A stretch of 24,000 nucleotides of DNA from Thermoplasmata archaeon (GTDB lineage: Archaea; Thermoplasmatota; Thermoplasmata; RBG-16-68-12; JAJISG01). The notes beneath the pieces were generated by a model. That model did not search any database. It was given only the letters and a program-made list of their open reading frames with translations, and was not told the origin of the DNA. The stretch lies in contig JBHIDH010000001.1 of the NCBI GenBank assembly GCA_046759985.1, positions 8,634 to 32,633 of the forward strand, given 5' to 3'. The first letter of the stretch is position 1. Every line of letters starts with the position of its first letter. This document shows positions 8,240 through 16,582 of this stretch, in pieces. A program made the translations under genes and the position numbers.

Positions 8240-8581
8240 TCACCCTTGTCGGAGGGCCGCCTGGTGGCTCGCCCGGACAAACGGCAGGAAGCCGTCCCAA
8301 TCGATGCCCTCGCCCGCGAGGACCACTGTCCACTTCTTGACCACGCGGTCGCCGGTCCGGAAGGGCTCGGTGGGATACCGTACCTCCAGGGCCTCCTAGG
8401 TCTCGGGAGGGAGCTTCGTTAGGACGACGCCCTGGGTCACCAGGAAGGCGAAGAGGTTGCCGGCGGCCTGGTACCCGGGGCAGCCAAACATCTTCTTCGT
8501 CGAGACCTCCGGCCACCCGAGCACCTTCTCCTCGAACCGGAGGCGCACGCGTTCCGCCTCCTCCTCGGAGTAGAGCCTCAT
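8240..8581 (-). pseudogene. TfoX-N-terminal-domain-like gene interrupted by an in-frame TAG (8396-8398)
   Basis: The 61-aa ORF (KKMFGCPGYQAAGNLFAFL) continues in the same frame after the TAG for 51 more GC3-rich codons (EALEVRYPTEPFRTGDRVVKKWTVVLAGEGIDWDGFLPFVRASHQAALRQG) to a TGA at 8240-8242. ATG 8581 overlaps the MscS stop (ATGA). Confidence 0.55.
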
Positions 8582-10143
8582 GCGCCCCGAGGAGGAGCCT
8601 GCCCTTCTCGGCCGGCCGTCTTCCCCTCCCCTTCCTCCAAGGTGACCGACAGCTGGGGGGCCGGGATCTCGATGCCCGCCTCCGTCAGCCGCTTCACGAT
8701 GGACTCATTGACCTGGCCGCGAACCCGGTTGAGCTTGTCCGCGTCGCTCACCCAGAACTTGAGCTTGTAGATGAGGGCGGAGTCCCCGAACTCCTCCAGA
8801 CGCGCGTAGGGCTCCCTCCGTGGGTCGTCCTTGATGACCCAGGGGTTCTCCTTCGCCGCGTCGGCCAGGATGGTCTTCACGGTCTCCACATCGGACCCGT
8901 ACTCCACGCCAACGGTGGTGGCCTGCCGAATCGCCTGGTCCGGCTGGACCATGTTGACGATCATCTCCCGGGCCATCTTGTTGTTGGGGATGACCAGGAG
9001 CTTGGAGGAGGGGCGGTGGTACAGGACCGTGCTTCGGAGACCGATCTTCTCCACCCGCGCCCGATCCCCGTCGATCTCCACGAGGTCGCCCTCCCGGAAG
9101 GGGCGGTCCAGCATGAGAAAGATGCCGCTGAAGAAGTTGGAGAGGCTCTCCTGGGCCGCGAAGGCGATGGCGATGCCCACGACCCCCGCCCCCAGGAGGA
9201 AGGCCGTGAGATCGATGCCGAAGAGGCCCGCCAGGGACGCGACCCCGATGACGAGGATGAGGATCCCCCCGGCCCGGCCGATGAGGGGCAGCAACGTTCC
9301 CAGCGCGGGGATCTCCCGGGTCTCGGCCGCCTTCCGGCCCATCTCGAGGATGATGCCCTGGAGGAGCCGATAGGCCAGCCAGGTCAACGTCAGAATCAGG
9401 ACGACGTTGTACACGAGGAACAGGGTCGAGGTGACCTCGATGGGAGGCTCCAGCACGGCGACCGACTGGACCACCCCGTAGGTCAGGAGGAGCAGGATGA
9501 GGGGGCCGCGTACGATGGCCAGGATCGTCTCATCGAGCTCCGTCTTCGTCTTCCGGGCCAACCGGTGTACGAGGGGGCTCACGACCAGGACCGACGCGCC
9601 CGCGATGAAGGCCCAGATGGCCAGGTTGATGACGAACGTCACGGCGCGGGAGTTGAGGGGAGGCGGGAACGGGTTGTCAAAAACCCCCAGGATCAGGTTC
9701 CCGGTCGGCAGGGGCGGGGGAGACGGCACCAGGTTCACCGTGGCGGTCCGGACCTCCGTGGCGCCGACGACAGGGTCGCCCGCCCGCGCGAGGGCAAAGG
9801 TGAGGGTGAACGTAATCGAGCGCTCCGCGGCGTCCAGGCGGGACGAAACCGTGAGGTCTACCTGGGTCGAGCCGCCCGGCGGGAGGACGACGAACCGGGG
9901 CGCGACGCTGGCCGACCAGTCCGCCCCCGAGGTGAGGTCCACCTGCGTACGGAGCAGCAGGTCCACGGTGTCCCGGTTGTAGGCTAGCCAGACGAAGCTG
10001 ATGGTCTGGCCCGCGGACAGGGACTTGGTGTAGGCATCCTCCACGTCAAAAATCTCAGCAAGGCCCTGCGCCTGGCCCAGCTGGCTCGTCAGGAGGATGA
10101 GGCCCAACAGGATGAGGGGGAGAACAGGTCGCGGGCGTTTCAC
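8578..10143 (-). CDS. MscS-family mechanosensitive channel with an N-terminal extracytoplasmic domain
   Basis: FAAQESLSNFFSGIFLMLDRPFREGDLVEIDG is the MscS core. GTG 10143 gives the signal-peptide-like N-terminus VKRPRPVLPLILLGLILLTSQLGQAQG and lies 34 bp from a TATA-like box. An alternative ATG is at 10260. Confidence 0.9.
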   Translation of the reverse strand: MKRPRPVLPLILLGLILLTSQLGQAQGLAEIFDVEDAYTKSLSAGQTISFVWLAYNRDTVDLLLRTQVDLTSGADWSASVAPRFVVLPPGGSTQVDLTVSSRLDAAERSITFTLTFALARAGDPVVGATEVRTATVNLVPSPPPLPTGNLILGVFDNPFPPPLNSRAVTFVINLAIWAFIAGASVLVVSPLVHRLARKTKTELDETILAIVRGPLILLLLTYGVVQSVAVLEPPIEVTSTLFLVYNVVLILTLTWLAYRLLQGIILEMGRKAAETREIPALGTLLPLIGRAGGILILVIGVASLAGLFGIDLTAFLLGAGVVGIAIAFAAQESLSNFFSGIFLMLDRPFREGDLVEIDGDRARVEKIGLRSTVLYHRPSSKLLVIPNNKMAREMIVNMVQPDQAIRQATTVGVEYGSDVETVKTILADAAKENPWVIKDDPRREPYARLEEFGDSALIYKLKFWVSDADKLNRVRGQVNESIVKRLTEAGIEIPAPQLSVTLEEGEGKTAGREGQAPPRGA

Positions 10144-10170
10144 CGTCAGTCCCGGCCCATATCCCCCCTC

Positions 10171-10182
10171 CGCAGATAAAAG
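10171..10182 (-). promoter_or_regulatory. TATA-like box (minus-strand cttttatctgcg)
   Basis: AT-rich pocket centred 34 bp upstream of GTG 10143 of the MscS gene. Confidence 0.4.
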
Positions 10183-10381
10183 AGGGCGTGTCAGCCCGGT
10201 GGCCTTTGCGATCCCCCTTTGGGAGCTGAAGGCGCCGGCGGACGGCAGGCCTCTCCACATCGCCCACCTCCTCCAACACCGATGGCTGGGCGAGGCGCGA
10301 AAGGTTTATCGCGCCACATGCCGTGGCCGCTCTGCGACTCTCGCGTCACCGCCGACCCGAGGGTTGTGCAGGTGGGGGAGC

Positions 10382-10768
10382 ATGCCAACCGCATTCCGCA
10401 TTACCTTGAAGGACGCCCCCGGTGCCCTGGCCCACGTCGCCGGGGCCCTGGCGGAGCAAGGGATCAACCTAGAAGCCTCGGGAGGCGAGACCCTGGGAGG
10501 GGAGGGGAGAATCACGTTGCTGACCTCCGACCCGGAGGCCACCCGGAAGGTCCTCGAGGGCCACAACGTCCCGTTTGAGGAGGTCGAACTCCTCCTGGTC
10601 ACCCTCCAGGACAACCCCGGGGCCTTGGCCTCCGTCGCTCAGCGACTCGCAGCGGCCGGGGTGAACATCACGGGCCTGATCCAGCTCAACCGGATGCACG
10701 GTCAGTCCGACCTGGGCCTTGCGGTCGACGACCCGGAGAAGGCGCGTCCCGTCCTCGGCGAGGGCTAG
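10382..10768 (+). CDS. Tandem ACT-domain protein (128 aa)
   Basis: Two repeats of the pattern L.D.PGALA.VA..LA..G.NI (ITLKDAPGALAHVAGALAEQGINL and VTLQDNPGALASVAQRLAAAGVNI). SD-like GGTGGGGGAG just before ATG 10382. Confidence 0.75.
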   Translation: MPTAFRITLKDAPGALAHVAGALAEQGINLEASGGETLGGEGRITLLTSDPEATRKVLEGHNVPFEEVELLLVTLQDNPGALASVAQRLAAAGVNITGLIQLNRMHGQSDLGLAVDDPEKARPVLGEG

Positions 10769-11409
10769 GGCGGTCCCTGAGGGCGCGGCCAGGGAAGCTG
10801 GCCGCTCGCCCCAAACGCCCGATTCACGCCGTCCAGGGTCTCCTTCAGCTCTTGCCTCCCCGCCGCCGGCGTCCTCCACGTCTCCCGGAACCCGACACGG
10901 TCCGCCCACGCTTCCCACGTCTCGAGGATTCGGGCGTGGGCGCCCGTCTCGGTGTGGACCTCGCGCCCGACGAGCAGCAGCTTCCGTTCCAGCCTCTTCG
11001 TCGCCCGGCGGACGGTCGTTGCGTCGAGGGGAGAGTACCCTGCCCGATCGTCCGTCCGCAACCACCCGGCCTCCCCGAGACGGGCCAGCAAGGCTTCCTC
11101 GTCCGGTGTGAGGCCCTCCACCTGCCAGGGCTCCGCCGCAGACCCCACGCCCGCCAAGGCGGGCCAGAGCCGCCGATGCACGAAGGTGACCTTGCCCGAC
11201 ACGAGCTTCGTCGGCAGCGCCTTCGCGTGCCCCTCCAGCCGCTCCACCATGGCGAAGATGGCATGGGACCGGGGATGGCCCCACCAGGAGCCCCTGAGGG
11301 GCTTCCCTGTGACCACCGTGGTGACGCTGGGCAGGCGGGGGTCCACCACGAGGAGGATCCCGTACGCCTCCAGCCACGCGAGGGCCGTGGCGAAGGGATC
11401 CTCGCTCAT
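10765..11409 (-). CDS. Hypothetical 214-aa protein, coupled to the upstream methyltransferase
   Basis: ATG 11409 overlaps the methyltransferase stop (ATGA). It is the only sensible part of the 942-aa shadow ORF 10765..13593. No motif recognised (it contains GSWWGHPRSH). Confidence 0.6.
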   Translation of the reverse strand: MSEDPFATALAWLEAYGILLVVDPRLPSVTTVVTGKPLRGSWWGHPRSHAIFAMVERLEGHAKALPTKLVSGKVTFVHRRLWPALAGVGSAAEPWQVEGLTPDEEALLARLGEAGWLRTDDRAGYSPLDATTVRRATKRLERKLLLVGREVHTETGAHARILETWEAWADRVGFRETWRTPAAGRQELKETLDGVNRAFGASGQLPWPRPQGPP

Positions 11410-12035
11410 CCCTCTCCCTCCCCGTCCTGCCGGGGCTCGCGGCCGAGGGGCGGCGGCTTCCGGGCGAGGATCCCGGCCTCGGTCAGGAACCCGCGCCAGA
11501 AGTGGTTCGTCCCCAAGACCTCCAGGCCCGCTTCCCTCACTTCGCCCACGAGGCGCGCCTCCGGCAGGGGCACCTCGTCCGTAAAGAGCCAGACCTTCAG
11601 TCCCTCCGCCATGCGCCTCCAGAACCGATAGGAGAGGGTCGGCGTCGGTGCGTAGACGATGCAGTAGCCCCCCGTCCGGGTGTGATCCGCGTGGAGCCGC
11701 AGCAATCGCTTCCGGTCCGTCGTCGCGAAGTGTTCCACCAGGCCCGCGCTGTGGACCAAGTCGAACCGCTCCGCGAGGGCGAGGTCCAGGACGTCCTCCC
11801 GTAGGAAGGCCTTCACACATCGCACGCCGTCCAGGATCCGTCTCGCCGCCTCCAGCATGGAGGCGTTCGAATCGACGAGGGTGACCTTTCGGACGGGGAG
11901 GGTCCGGCAGAGGCGGAGGGTCGTGTAGCCGGTCCCCGCGCCGAGCTCCAGAATCGAGACGGGCTCCGGGAAGTGGGCCAGGCGGAGGAGGTCCCGGTAT
12001 CCCCGGTACATGGGGTCGAGGAAGAGCCATCGCAC
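11406..12035 (-). CDS. Class I SAM-dependent methyltransferase
   Basis: Motif I ILELGAGTGY, an acidic residue after beta-2 (VTLVDSN), and a motif-IV-like FDLVHSAGLVEH. Start is GTG 12035 or ATG 12011. Confidence 0.85.
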   Translation of the reverse strand: MRWLFLDPMYRGYRDLLRLAHFPEPVSILELGAGTGYTTLRLCRTLPVRKVTLVDSNASMLEAARRILDGVRCVKAFLREDVLDLALAERFDLVHSAGLVEHFATTDRKRLLRLHADHTRTGGYCIVYAPTPTLSYRFWRRMAEGLKVWLFTDEVPLPEARLVGEVREAGLEVLGTNHFWRGFLTEAGILARKPPPLGREPRQDGEGEG

Positions 12036-12192
12036 CAGGGGATTCGAGGGCGTATACTGGGAGTACCTCTCCCAATCCGAGGGCGGTCCCCGCGTAATCC
12101 CGTCCGTCGCCTACCCCCTTCTGCGCGGTGAAGCCAGCCTTCCGCCATAAAGCTAGGCGTCGAACGGCAAGATCGCGCGAGGCGCGGAACGC

Positions 12193-12203
12193 AACATATT
12201 TCC
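12193..12203 (+). promoter_or_regulatory. TATA-like box (aacatatttcc)
   Basis: Centred 31 bp upstream of ATG 12229. Confidence 0.5.
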
Positions 12204-12228
12204 CGCGGCCTCCCATGAGCACGAGGGG

Positions 12229-13731
12229 ATGCCCATGGGCAAGGAGTCGGCAGCCGAGACGACAGGGAAGCTTCTCATCGCGGGCACGTTTCGCGACGCG
12301 GGGGAGGGAGAGAGCTTCGGCGTCATCAACCCCGCCACCCGGGCGACCGTCGGGCAGGCGGCGCGGGGAACGGAAGAGGACGCCAGGGAAGCCGTGGAAG
12401 CGGCCCGGGAGGCCCAGACGGGGTGGGCGGCGACGCCCGCGCCCACGCGGGCGGAGGTCCTCTTCCGACTCGGGGAACTCATCCGGACCCACCAGGAGGA
12501 GATCGCGCGCATCGTGACCCTGGAGGAGGGGAAGCCTCTCGCCGAAGCCCGGGGGGAGGTGGTCCAGGCCTACAACACGGCCATGTACTACGCGGGGGAA
12601 GGCCGCCGCATGTGGTCGATGGTCGTCCCGTCGGAACAGCAGCGGAAGCTGACCTTCAGCGTCCGTCAGCCCCTGGGCGTGGTGGCCGTCATCACCCCGT
12701 GGAACTTTCCCTCCATGATCCCCATGTGGAACCTCGCGCCCGCCCTCGTTACGGGGAACACCGTGGTCTTCAAGCCCGCGTCCCACACGCCCCTCACGGC
12801 CTTCCGGCTGGCGGAACTCTTCGTGGAGGCGGGGATTCCCGAGGGGGTCCTCAACCTCCTCACGGGACCGGGTGGGAAGATCGGAGAGGCCCTGGTGAAC
12901 AACCCCGACGTGGACGTCGTGGCCTTCACGGGGGAGACCTTCACGGGCCGCCACATCTCCGAGATCAACGCCCGCTTCATGCGTCGCCAGGTCTTGGAGC
13001 TCGGCGGGAAGAATCCCATGGTCGTCGCCGCGGACGCGAAGATGGACCTGACCGTCGCGGCCGCGCTCTGGAGCGCGTTCAGCAACGCCGGCCAGAAGTG
13101 CACGGCCGCCTCCCGCATCATCGTGGAGGAGCCCGTGGTGGACGCCTTCACCAAGAGGTTTGTGGAGGCCACGGAGAGGCTCCGCGTGGGTGACGGACTG
13201 AAGGAGGGCGTGGAGGTCGGCCCCCTGGTGAGCGAGCCGGGCCTGGACAAGACCAAGAAATACGTCGAGATCGGCCTCGACGAGGGGGCGAAGCTCCTCA
13301 CCGGCGGCAAGGGGTACGAGGACGCGGCCCGAAAGGAGGGCTTCTTCCACCAGCCCACGGTCTTTGCGGGCACCAACGACATGCGCATCTCCCAGGACGA
13401 GATCTTTGGCCCGGTCACGAACATCATTCCCGCGCCCGACCTGGGGGAGGCCATGGAGCTGGCCAACGACGTCCGCTACGGCCTCGCGTCGTCCATCTAC
13501 ACGACGGACCTGAAGGCGGCCTTCGATGCCGTCTCGGCCATGGAGGCAGGGGTGGCCTTCGTCAACCAGGGACCGGTGGGGGTCGAGGTCCACGCGCCCT
13601 TCGGCGGGGTGAAGGAGTCCGGATACGGGCGCGAACTCGGGGAGGCCGCCCTGGACGACTACACGGACAAGAAGACGGTCTACGTGGACTACTCCTACGA
13701 GAAGCAGCCCTGGTACTTTCCCTGGGGGTAG
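12229..13731 (+). CDS. NAD(P)+-dependent aldehyde dehydrogenase (ALDH superfamily)
   Basis: VITPWNFP, FTGETFTG, catalytic Glu in LELGGKNP, catalytic Cys in NAGQKCTAASR, and the C-terminal EESGYGRE-like KESGYGRE. Confidence 0.95.
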   Translation: MPMGKESAAETTGKLLIAGTFRDAGEGESFGVINPATRATVGQAARGTEEDAREAVEAAREAQTGWAATPAPTRAEVLFRLGELIRTHQEEIARIVTLEEGKPLAEARGEVVQAYNTAMYYAGEGRRMWSMVVPSEQQRKLTFSVRQPLGVVAVITPWNFPSMIPMWNLAPALVTGNTVVFKPASHTPLTAFRLAELFVEAGIPEGVLNLLTGPGGKIGEALVNNPDVDVVAFTGETFTGRHISEINARFMRRQVLELGGKNPMVVAADAKMDLTVAAALWSAFSNAGQKCTAASRIIVEEPVVDAFTKRFVEATERLRVGDGLKEGVEVGPLVSEPGLDKTKKYVEIGLDEGAKLLTGGKGYEDAARKEGFFHQPTVFAGTNDMRISQDEIFGPVTNIIPAPDLGEAMELANDVRYGLASSIYTTDLKAAFDAVSAMEAGVAFVNQGPVGVEVHAPFGGVKESGYGRELGEAALDDYTDKKTVYVDYSYEKQPWYFPWG

Positions 13732-13758
13732 CGGCGACCGGAGGACCGGCGTGCAAGC

Positions 13759-13768
13759 CCTTTATGGG
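13759..13768 (+). promoter_or_regulatory. TATA-like box (cctttatggg)
   Basis: Centred 26 bp upstream of GTG 13789, consistent with leaderless spacing. Confidence 0.45.
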
Positions 13769-13788
13769 AGGAACCCCATGATTTCTCC

Positions 13789-14130
13789 GTGGACGTGCGC
13801 TTCACCCCGCGGACGCAGGGGCTAATCCGCCGGGTCCAGGCGACGCACCCGGACCTCTACCTCCTCCTGGACGATACGGGGTGCTGCGGGCCGAGCAACG
13901 TCTTCCTCCAGGACCGTCCCCCCGCGCCTGTCTACGAGGCCCTCGGACAGGTTGACGGGGTGGACGTCTACATTCATCCGACCTTTGCGGGGGGTCGGGC
14001 CCAGGCCTTCACCATCGACGCCTATCGTTCCGAGACGGACGACTCCTTCTCCCTCGAGACGGCCCTGGGCCACCGGCTGACCCTGGGACGCCGGACTGAG
14101 GAGGCACGGGCCAGGGATTCCCCGCCCTAA
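13789..14130 (+). CDS. DUF779 family protein
   Basis: The size (about 113 aa), the GCCG double-Cys motif (LLLDDTGCCGPSNVFL), FTIDA and DSFSLE fit DUF779. It sits immediately downstream of an ALDH, as is usual for this family. Confidence 0.7.
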   Translation: MDVRFTPRTQGLIRRVQATHPDLYLLLDDTGCCGPSNVFLQDRPPAPVYEALGQVDGVDVYIHPTFAGGRAQAFTIDAYRSETDDSFSLETALGHRLTLGRRTEEARARDSPP

Positions 14131-15236
14131 TCGGACCCCGGCACGAGGGCAGTGCGCATCGCCGTCCGGCTCTCGACCTTCTTGAAGGCCTCCTCCACGT
14201 CGGAGAGGGCGAACTTCGCCCCGACCACCTTCTCGTAGGGATAGCGGGCCCGCGTCCGTTCCATGAACTGGATGGCGTCCTTGAGGTGGCGTGCGTCGTT
14301 CCGGGCCACCCCGAGGACCTGGATCCGGCGGAAGATCAGGTTGAACAGGTCGAACTCCGCCGCGGCGCCCACGTAGATGGGGCCAATGGTCAGGTAGCGC
14401 CCCCCGTCCCGCGGGAGCTTCAAGCCCTGGGGGAGGGCCTGGGGGACCCCTGTCGCCTCGATCACGACGTCGGCCCCGATGCCGTCCGTGAGACCCTGAA
14501 TCGCCGCCACGACCTCTTCGTCCGACTGCCCGGCCACGTTGATCGTCTCGTCGACCCCAAAGGCGTCGGCGACGACCAGGCGGCTGTCCGCCGTGTCCAG
14601 GGCGATCACCTGGCCCGCGCCCTTCTCCTTGGCAAGGGCCATGGCGAAGAGCCCCAGGGGGCCGCTCCCCTGGACCACCACGTTCTCGTTGAGCCGGATC
14701 TGCGCCTTGTCCGTCACGTGGACCATGGTCACGAGGGCGCAGTTCACGGGGGCGATCACCTCATCCGATAGGGTGTCCGGGACCCGGAAGACGCTCGTCC
14801 CCGGCTGGAGGTAGATGTACTCCGCGAAGCCGCCGGTGAAGTGAGGCGCCCGGTCGCAGGCGACGCCCAGGCCGTAGGTAAAGCGGTTCAGGCAGCTCGT
14901 GGGCTCCTTCAGGATGTTGCAGAAGCGGCACGTGCCGCAGGTCCAGATGTAGCTCCAGGTCACCCGGTCCCCCTCCCGGAGAGGCTGCCCTCCCGTGTCT
15001 GTCTCCACCCCGTCTCCGAGGATCTCGACCTTCCCCATGGCCTCGTGCCCGAGGATGATGGGGAGGGGGGGCTCCCGCTCCCCCCTGTAGATGTGAAGGT
15101 CCGTCCCACAGATGGAGGCCATCTTGACGCGGACCAGGATCCCCCCCGACTCGACCTCGGGGAGCGGGTATTCATGAAACTCGAACGGCTCGTTGGCCTT
15201 GACGAAAACGGCGGCTTCTCCCTTGGCCATCCCCAC
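14127..15236 (-). CDS. Zinc-dependent alcohol dehydrogenase (MDR family)
   Basis: CGTDLHIYRGE, GHEAMGKV, the structural-Zn Cys cluster CGTCRFC, and the Rossmann motif VVVQGSGPLG. Starts at GTG 15236 or ATG 15230. A TATA-like taataaaacc at 15271-15280 lies upstream. Confidence 0.93.
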   Translation of the reverse strand: MGMAKGEAAVFVKANEPFEFHEYPLPEVESGGILVRVKMASICGTDLHIYRGEREPPLPIILGHEAMGKVEILGDGVETDTGGQPLREGDRVTWSYIWTCGTCRFCNILKEPTSCLNRFTYGLGVACDRAPHFTGGFAEYIYLQPGTSVFRVPDTLSDEVIAPVNCALVTMVHVTDKAQIRLNENVVVQGSGPLGLFAMALAKEKGAGQVIALDTADSRLVVADAFGVDETINVAGQSDEEVVAAIQGLTDGIGADVVIEATGVPQALPQGLKLPRDGGRYLTIGPIYVGAAAEFDLFNLIFRRIQVLGVARNDARHLKDAIQFMERTRARYPYEKVVGAKFALSDVEEAFKKVESRTAMRTALVPGSD

Positions 15237-15299
15237 ACCCCCGGGGCGCGCCCGTTCTAGCGGGGCGCCCTAATAAAACCTTCCGCGGGACGGGTCGCT

Positions 15300-15503
15300 T
15301 CAGAAGTAATACTGCGCAAAGTCAATGCGTTTCCGCAGGCCCACCGACCGCCGATTGCCCGCCTGCCCCTTCCGGGCGCGGAAACGGGCTATCTCCGCCT
15401 CCAAGTCGAAGTTCAGGTCCTGTCGGACGACCTTGAAGACCTTGCTGGCATCGAAGCGCGGTCGCTTCTTCTTGCGCTTGCGCTTCCGCGGGGCCATCCG
15501 CAT
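15300..15503 (-). CDS. 67-aa ultra-basic small protein (possible ribbon-helix-helix-like DNA binder)
   Basis: MRMAPRKRKRKKKRPRF...; 23 of the 67 residues are K/R. GC3-rich codons support real coding. The ORF-track start (TTG 15620) would run through the divergent promoter, so ATG 15503 or 15497 is preferred. Confidence 0.5.
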   Translation of the reverse strand: MRMAPRKRKRKKKRPRFDASKVFKVVRQDLNFDLEAEIARFRARKGQAGNRRSVGLRKRIDFAQYYF

Positions 15504-15619
15504 CACGGCGGTAGGGAGGTCGTCCGAGGCGGAGATACCCTTTGCGCTGTGGTTATCCGCCCTGATACAATATCGCCTGGCTCGGATCGCGGAGGAAAGG
15601 TTCGTAACGGGCCGGGACA

Positions 15620-16048
15620 ATGCCCTCCCTGGCGAGGCGGCGGACCATGGAAGCGGACGACGTGCAGAGCATCCTGGCGGCGACCTCCGGCTTCGACCTT
15701 CGGTTCGAGGGGCTCCTCCGACGGGCCCTGGAGCGCATCCCCCTCCAGAGGGAGGACCTCGTCCCTCTCCGTATCTTCCTGATGGGGTATCGCAAGGCCG
15801 TGGCCACGAGCCTCGCCTGCGGGGAGGAGGGGTGGCATCACCTAATCATCCTCGACCGCCACCCGCTGCATGGAAAGGACGACGAGTACATCCTGGAGAT
15901 CATGGCCCACGAAATCGCCCACGTCTACCTGGGCCATGGGAGACAGAAAGAGGCGGCGGCCCCACGGCTCTGCGAGGAGGCCCGGAGGGTCGTGGCGGAG
16001 TGGGGGTTCCCCGGAGAGGGTGGGGGCCATGCCCGCCCCTCGCCCTAG
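15620..16048 (+). CDS. Minimal HEXXH metallopeptidase-like protein (ImmA/IrrE, M78-like core)
   Basis: ILEIMAHEIAHVYLGH, followed about 15 aa later by CEEARRVVAEWGFP (the HEXXH ... E..A..xA layout). No other domain. An alternative ATG is at 15647. comD follows 40 bp downstream. Confidence 0.55.
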   Translation: MPSLARRRTMEADDVQSILAATSGFDLRFEGLLRRALERIPLQREDLVPLRIFLMGYRKAVATSLACGEEGWHHLIILDRHPLHGKDDEYILEIMAHEIAHVYLGHGRQKEAAAPRLCEEARRVVAEWGFPGEGGGHARPSP

Positions 16049-16087
16049 CTCGAGGGCGGGCCGGAAGCGAGGCCGGGAGGCAGGACC

Positions 16088-16582
16088 GTGCCGGACGACG
16101 TGGATCGACGAATCATCCGTGAATTGAAGAAGGCGGGCATCGACTTTGCCTGCAGCGTGCCCAGCAGTCTCCTCGCGGGGGTGCTGGAGCGCCTGGACGC
16201 CTCCGATCTGCTGCACCTCCCGGTCACCCGGGAGGAGGAGGGCGTCGGGGTCTGCGCCGGGGCCTACCTAGGCGGGCGGAAGCCTTGCCTCCTGATGCAG
16301 AACTCCGGGTTGGGGAACTGCATCAACGCCCTCGCGTCCCTCACGCATCTGTACGGGGTCCCCCTTTTCTTGCTGATCGCCCACAGGGGCGGTCCCGGGG
16401 AGCCCGTGGCGGCCCAGGTACCCATGGGGGAGGCGACGTCCCGGGTCCTGGAGGCCCTGCAGATCCCCTACGAGCGCGTGGCGGCCCCCGTGGACCTGTC
16501 CGCCATCGCCCGTCTCGCAACCTGGGCGTTCCGGGACGGCATGATCGCGGCCGTCCTCCTCGGGCGGGAGGTGTGGTCGTGA
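16088..16582 (+). CDS. comD: Sulfopyruvate (or phosphonopyruvate) decarboxylase alpha subunit; TPP enzyme N-terminal (PYR) domain
   Basis: 164 aa. GIDFACSVPSS, VTREEEGVGVCAGAYLGG and LMQNSGLGN follow the ComD pattern. GTG start. Confidence 0.78.
   Translation: MPDDVDRRIIRELKKAGIDFACSVPSSLLAGVLERLDASDLLHLPVTREEEGVGVCAGAYLGGRKPCLLMQNSGLGNCINALASLTHLYGVPLFLLIAHRGGPGEPVAAQVPMGEATSRVLEALQIPYERVAAPVDLSAIARLATWAFRDGMIAAVLLGREVWS

Noticed and set aside
8396-8398. Reading the in-frame TAG as pyrrolysine or as genetic-code reassignment.
   Set aside because: TAG terminates about 10 of the roughly 30 well-supported genes in this window (acnA, RidA, ACT, ALDH, ADH, comE, MetE-like and others). No pyl genes or methylamine methyltransferases are visible. 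A nonsense mutation or a sequencing error is more parsimonious.
11865-11873. tRNA T-loop-like GTTCGAATC.
   Set aside because: It lies inside the methyltransferase CDS. The flanking bases do not form a T-stem or any cloverleaf arms. I found no other tRNA-like segment.
15465-15490. Short tandem-looking cttcttcttgcgcttgcgcttccgcg repeat.
   Set aside because: It is simply the antisense of the Lys/Arg codon run (KRKRKKKR) of the small basic protein. It is not a CRISPR or microsatellite feature, and no spaced repeats exist elsewhere in the window.
15504-15620. N-terminal 39-aa extension of the small basic ORF from TTG 15620.
   Set aside because: TTG is a rare start. The extension would cover the whole divergent promoter spacer and abut the ATG of the HEXXH gene at the same nucleotide. 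Its composition changes sharply at MRMAPRK.
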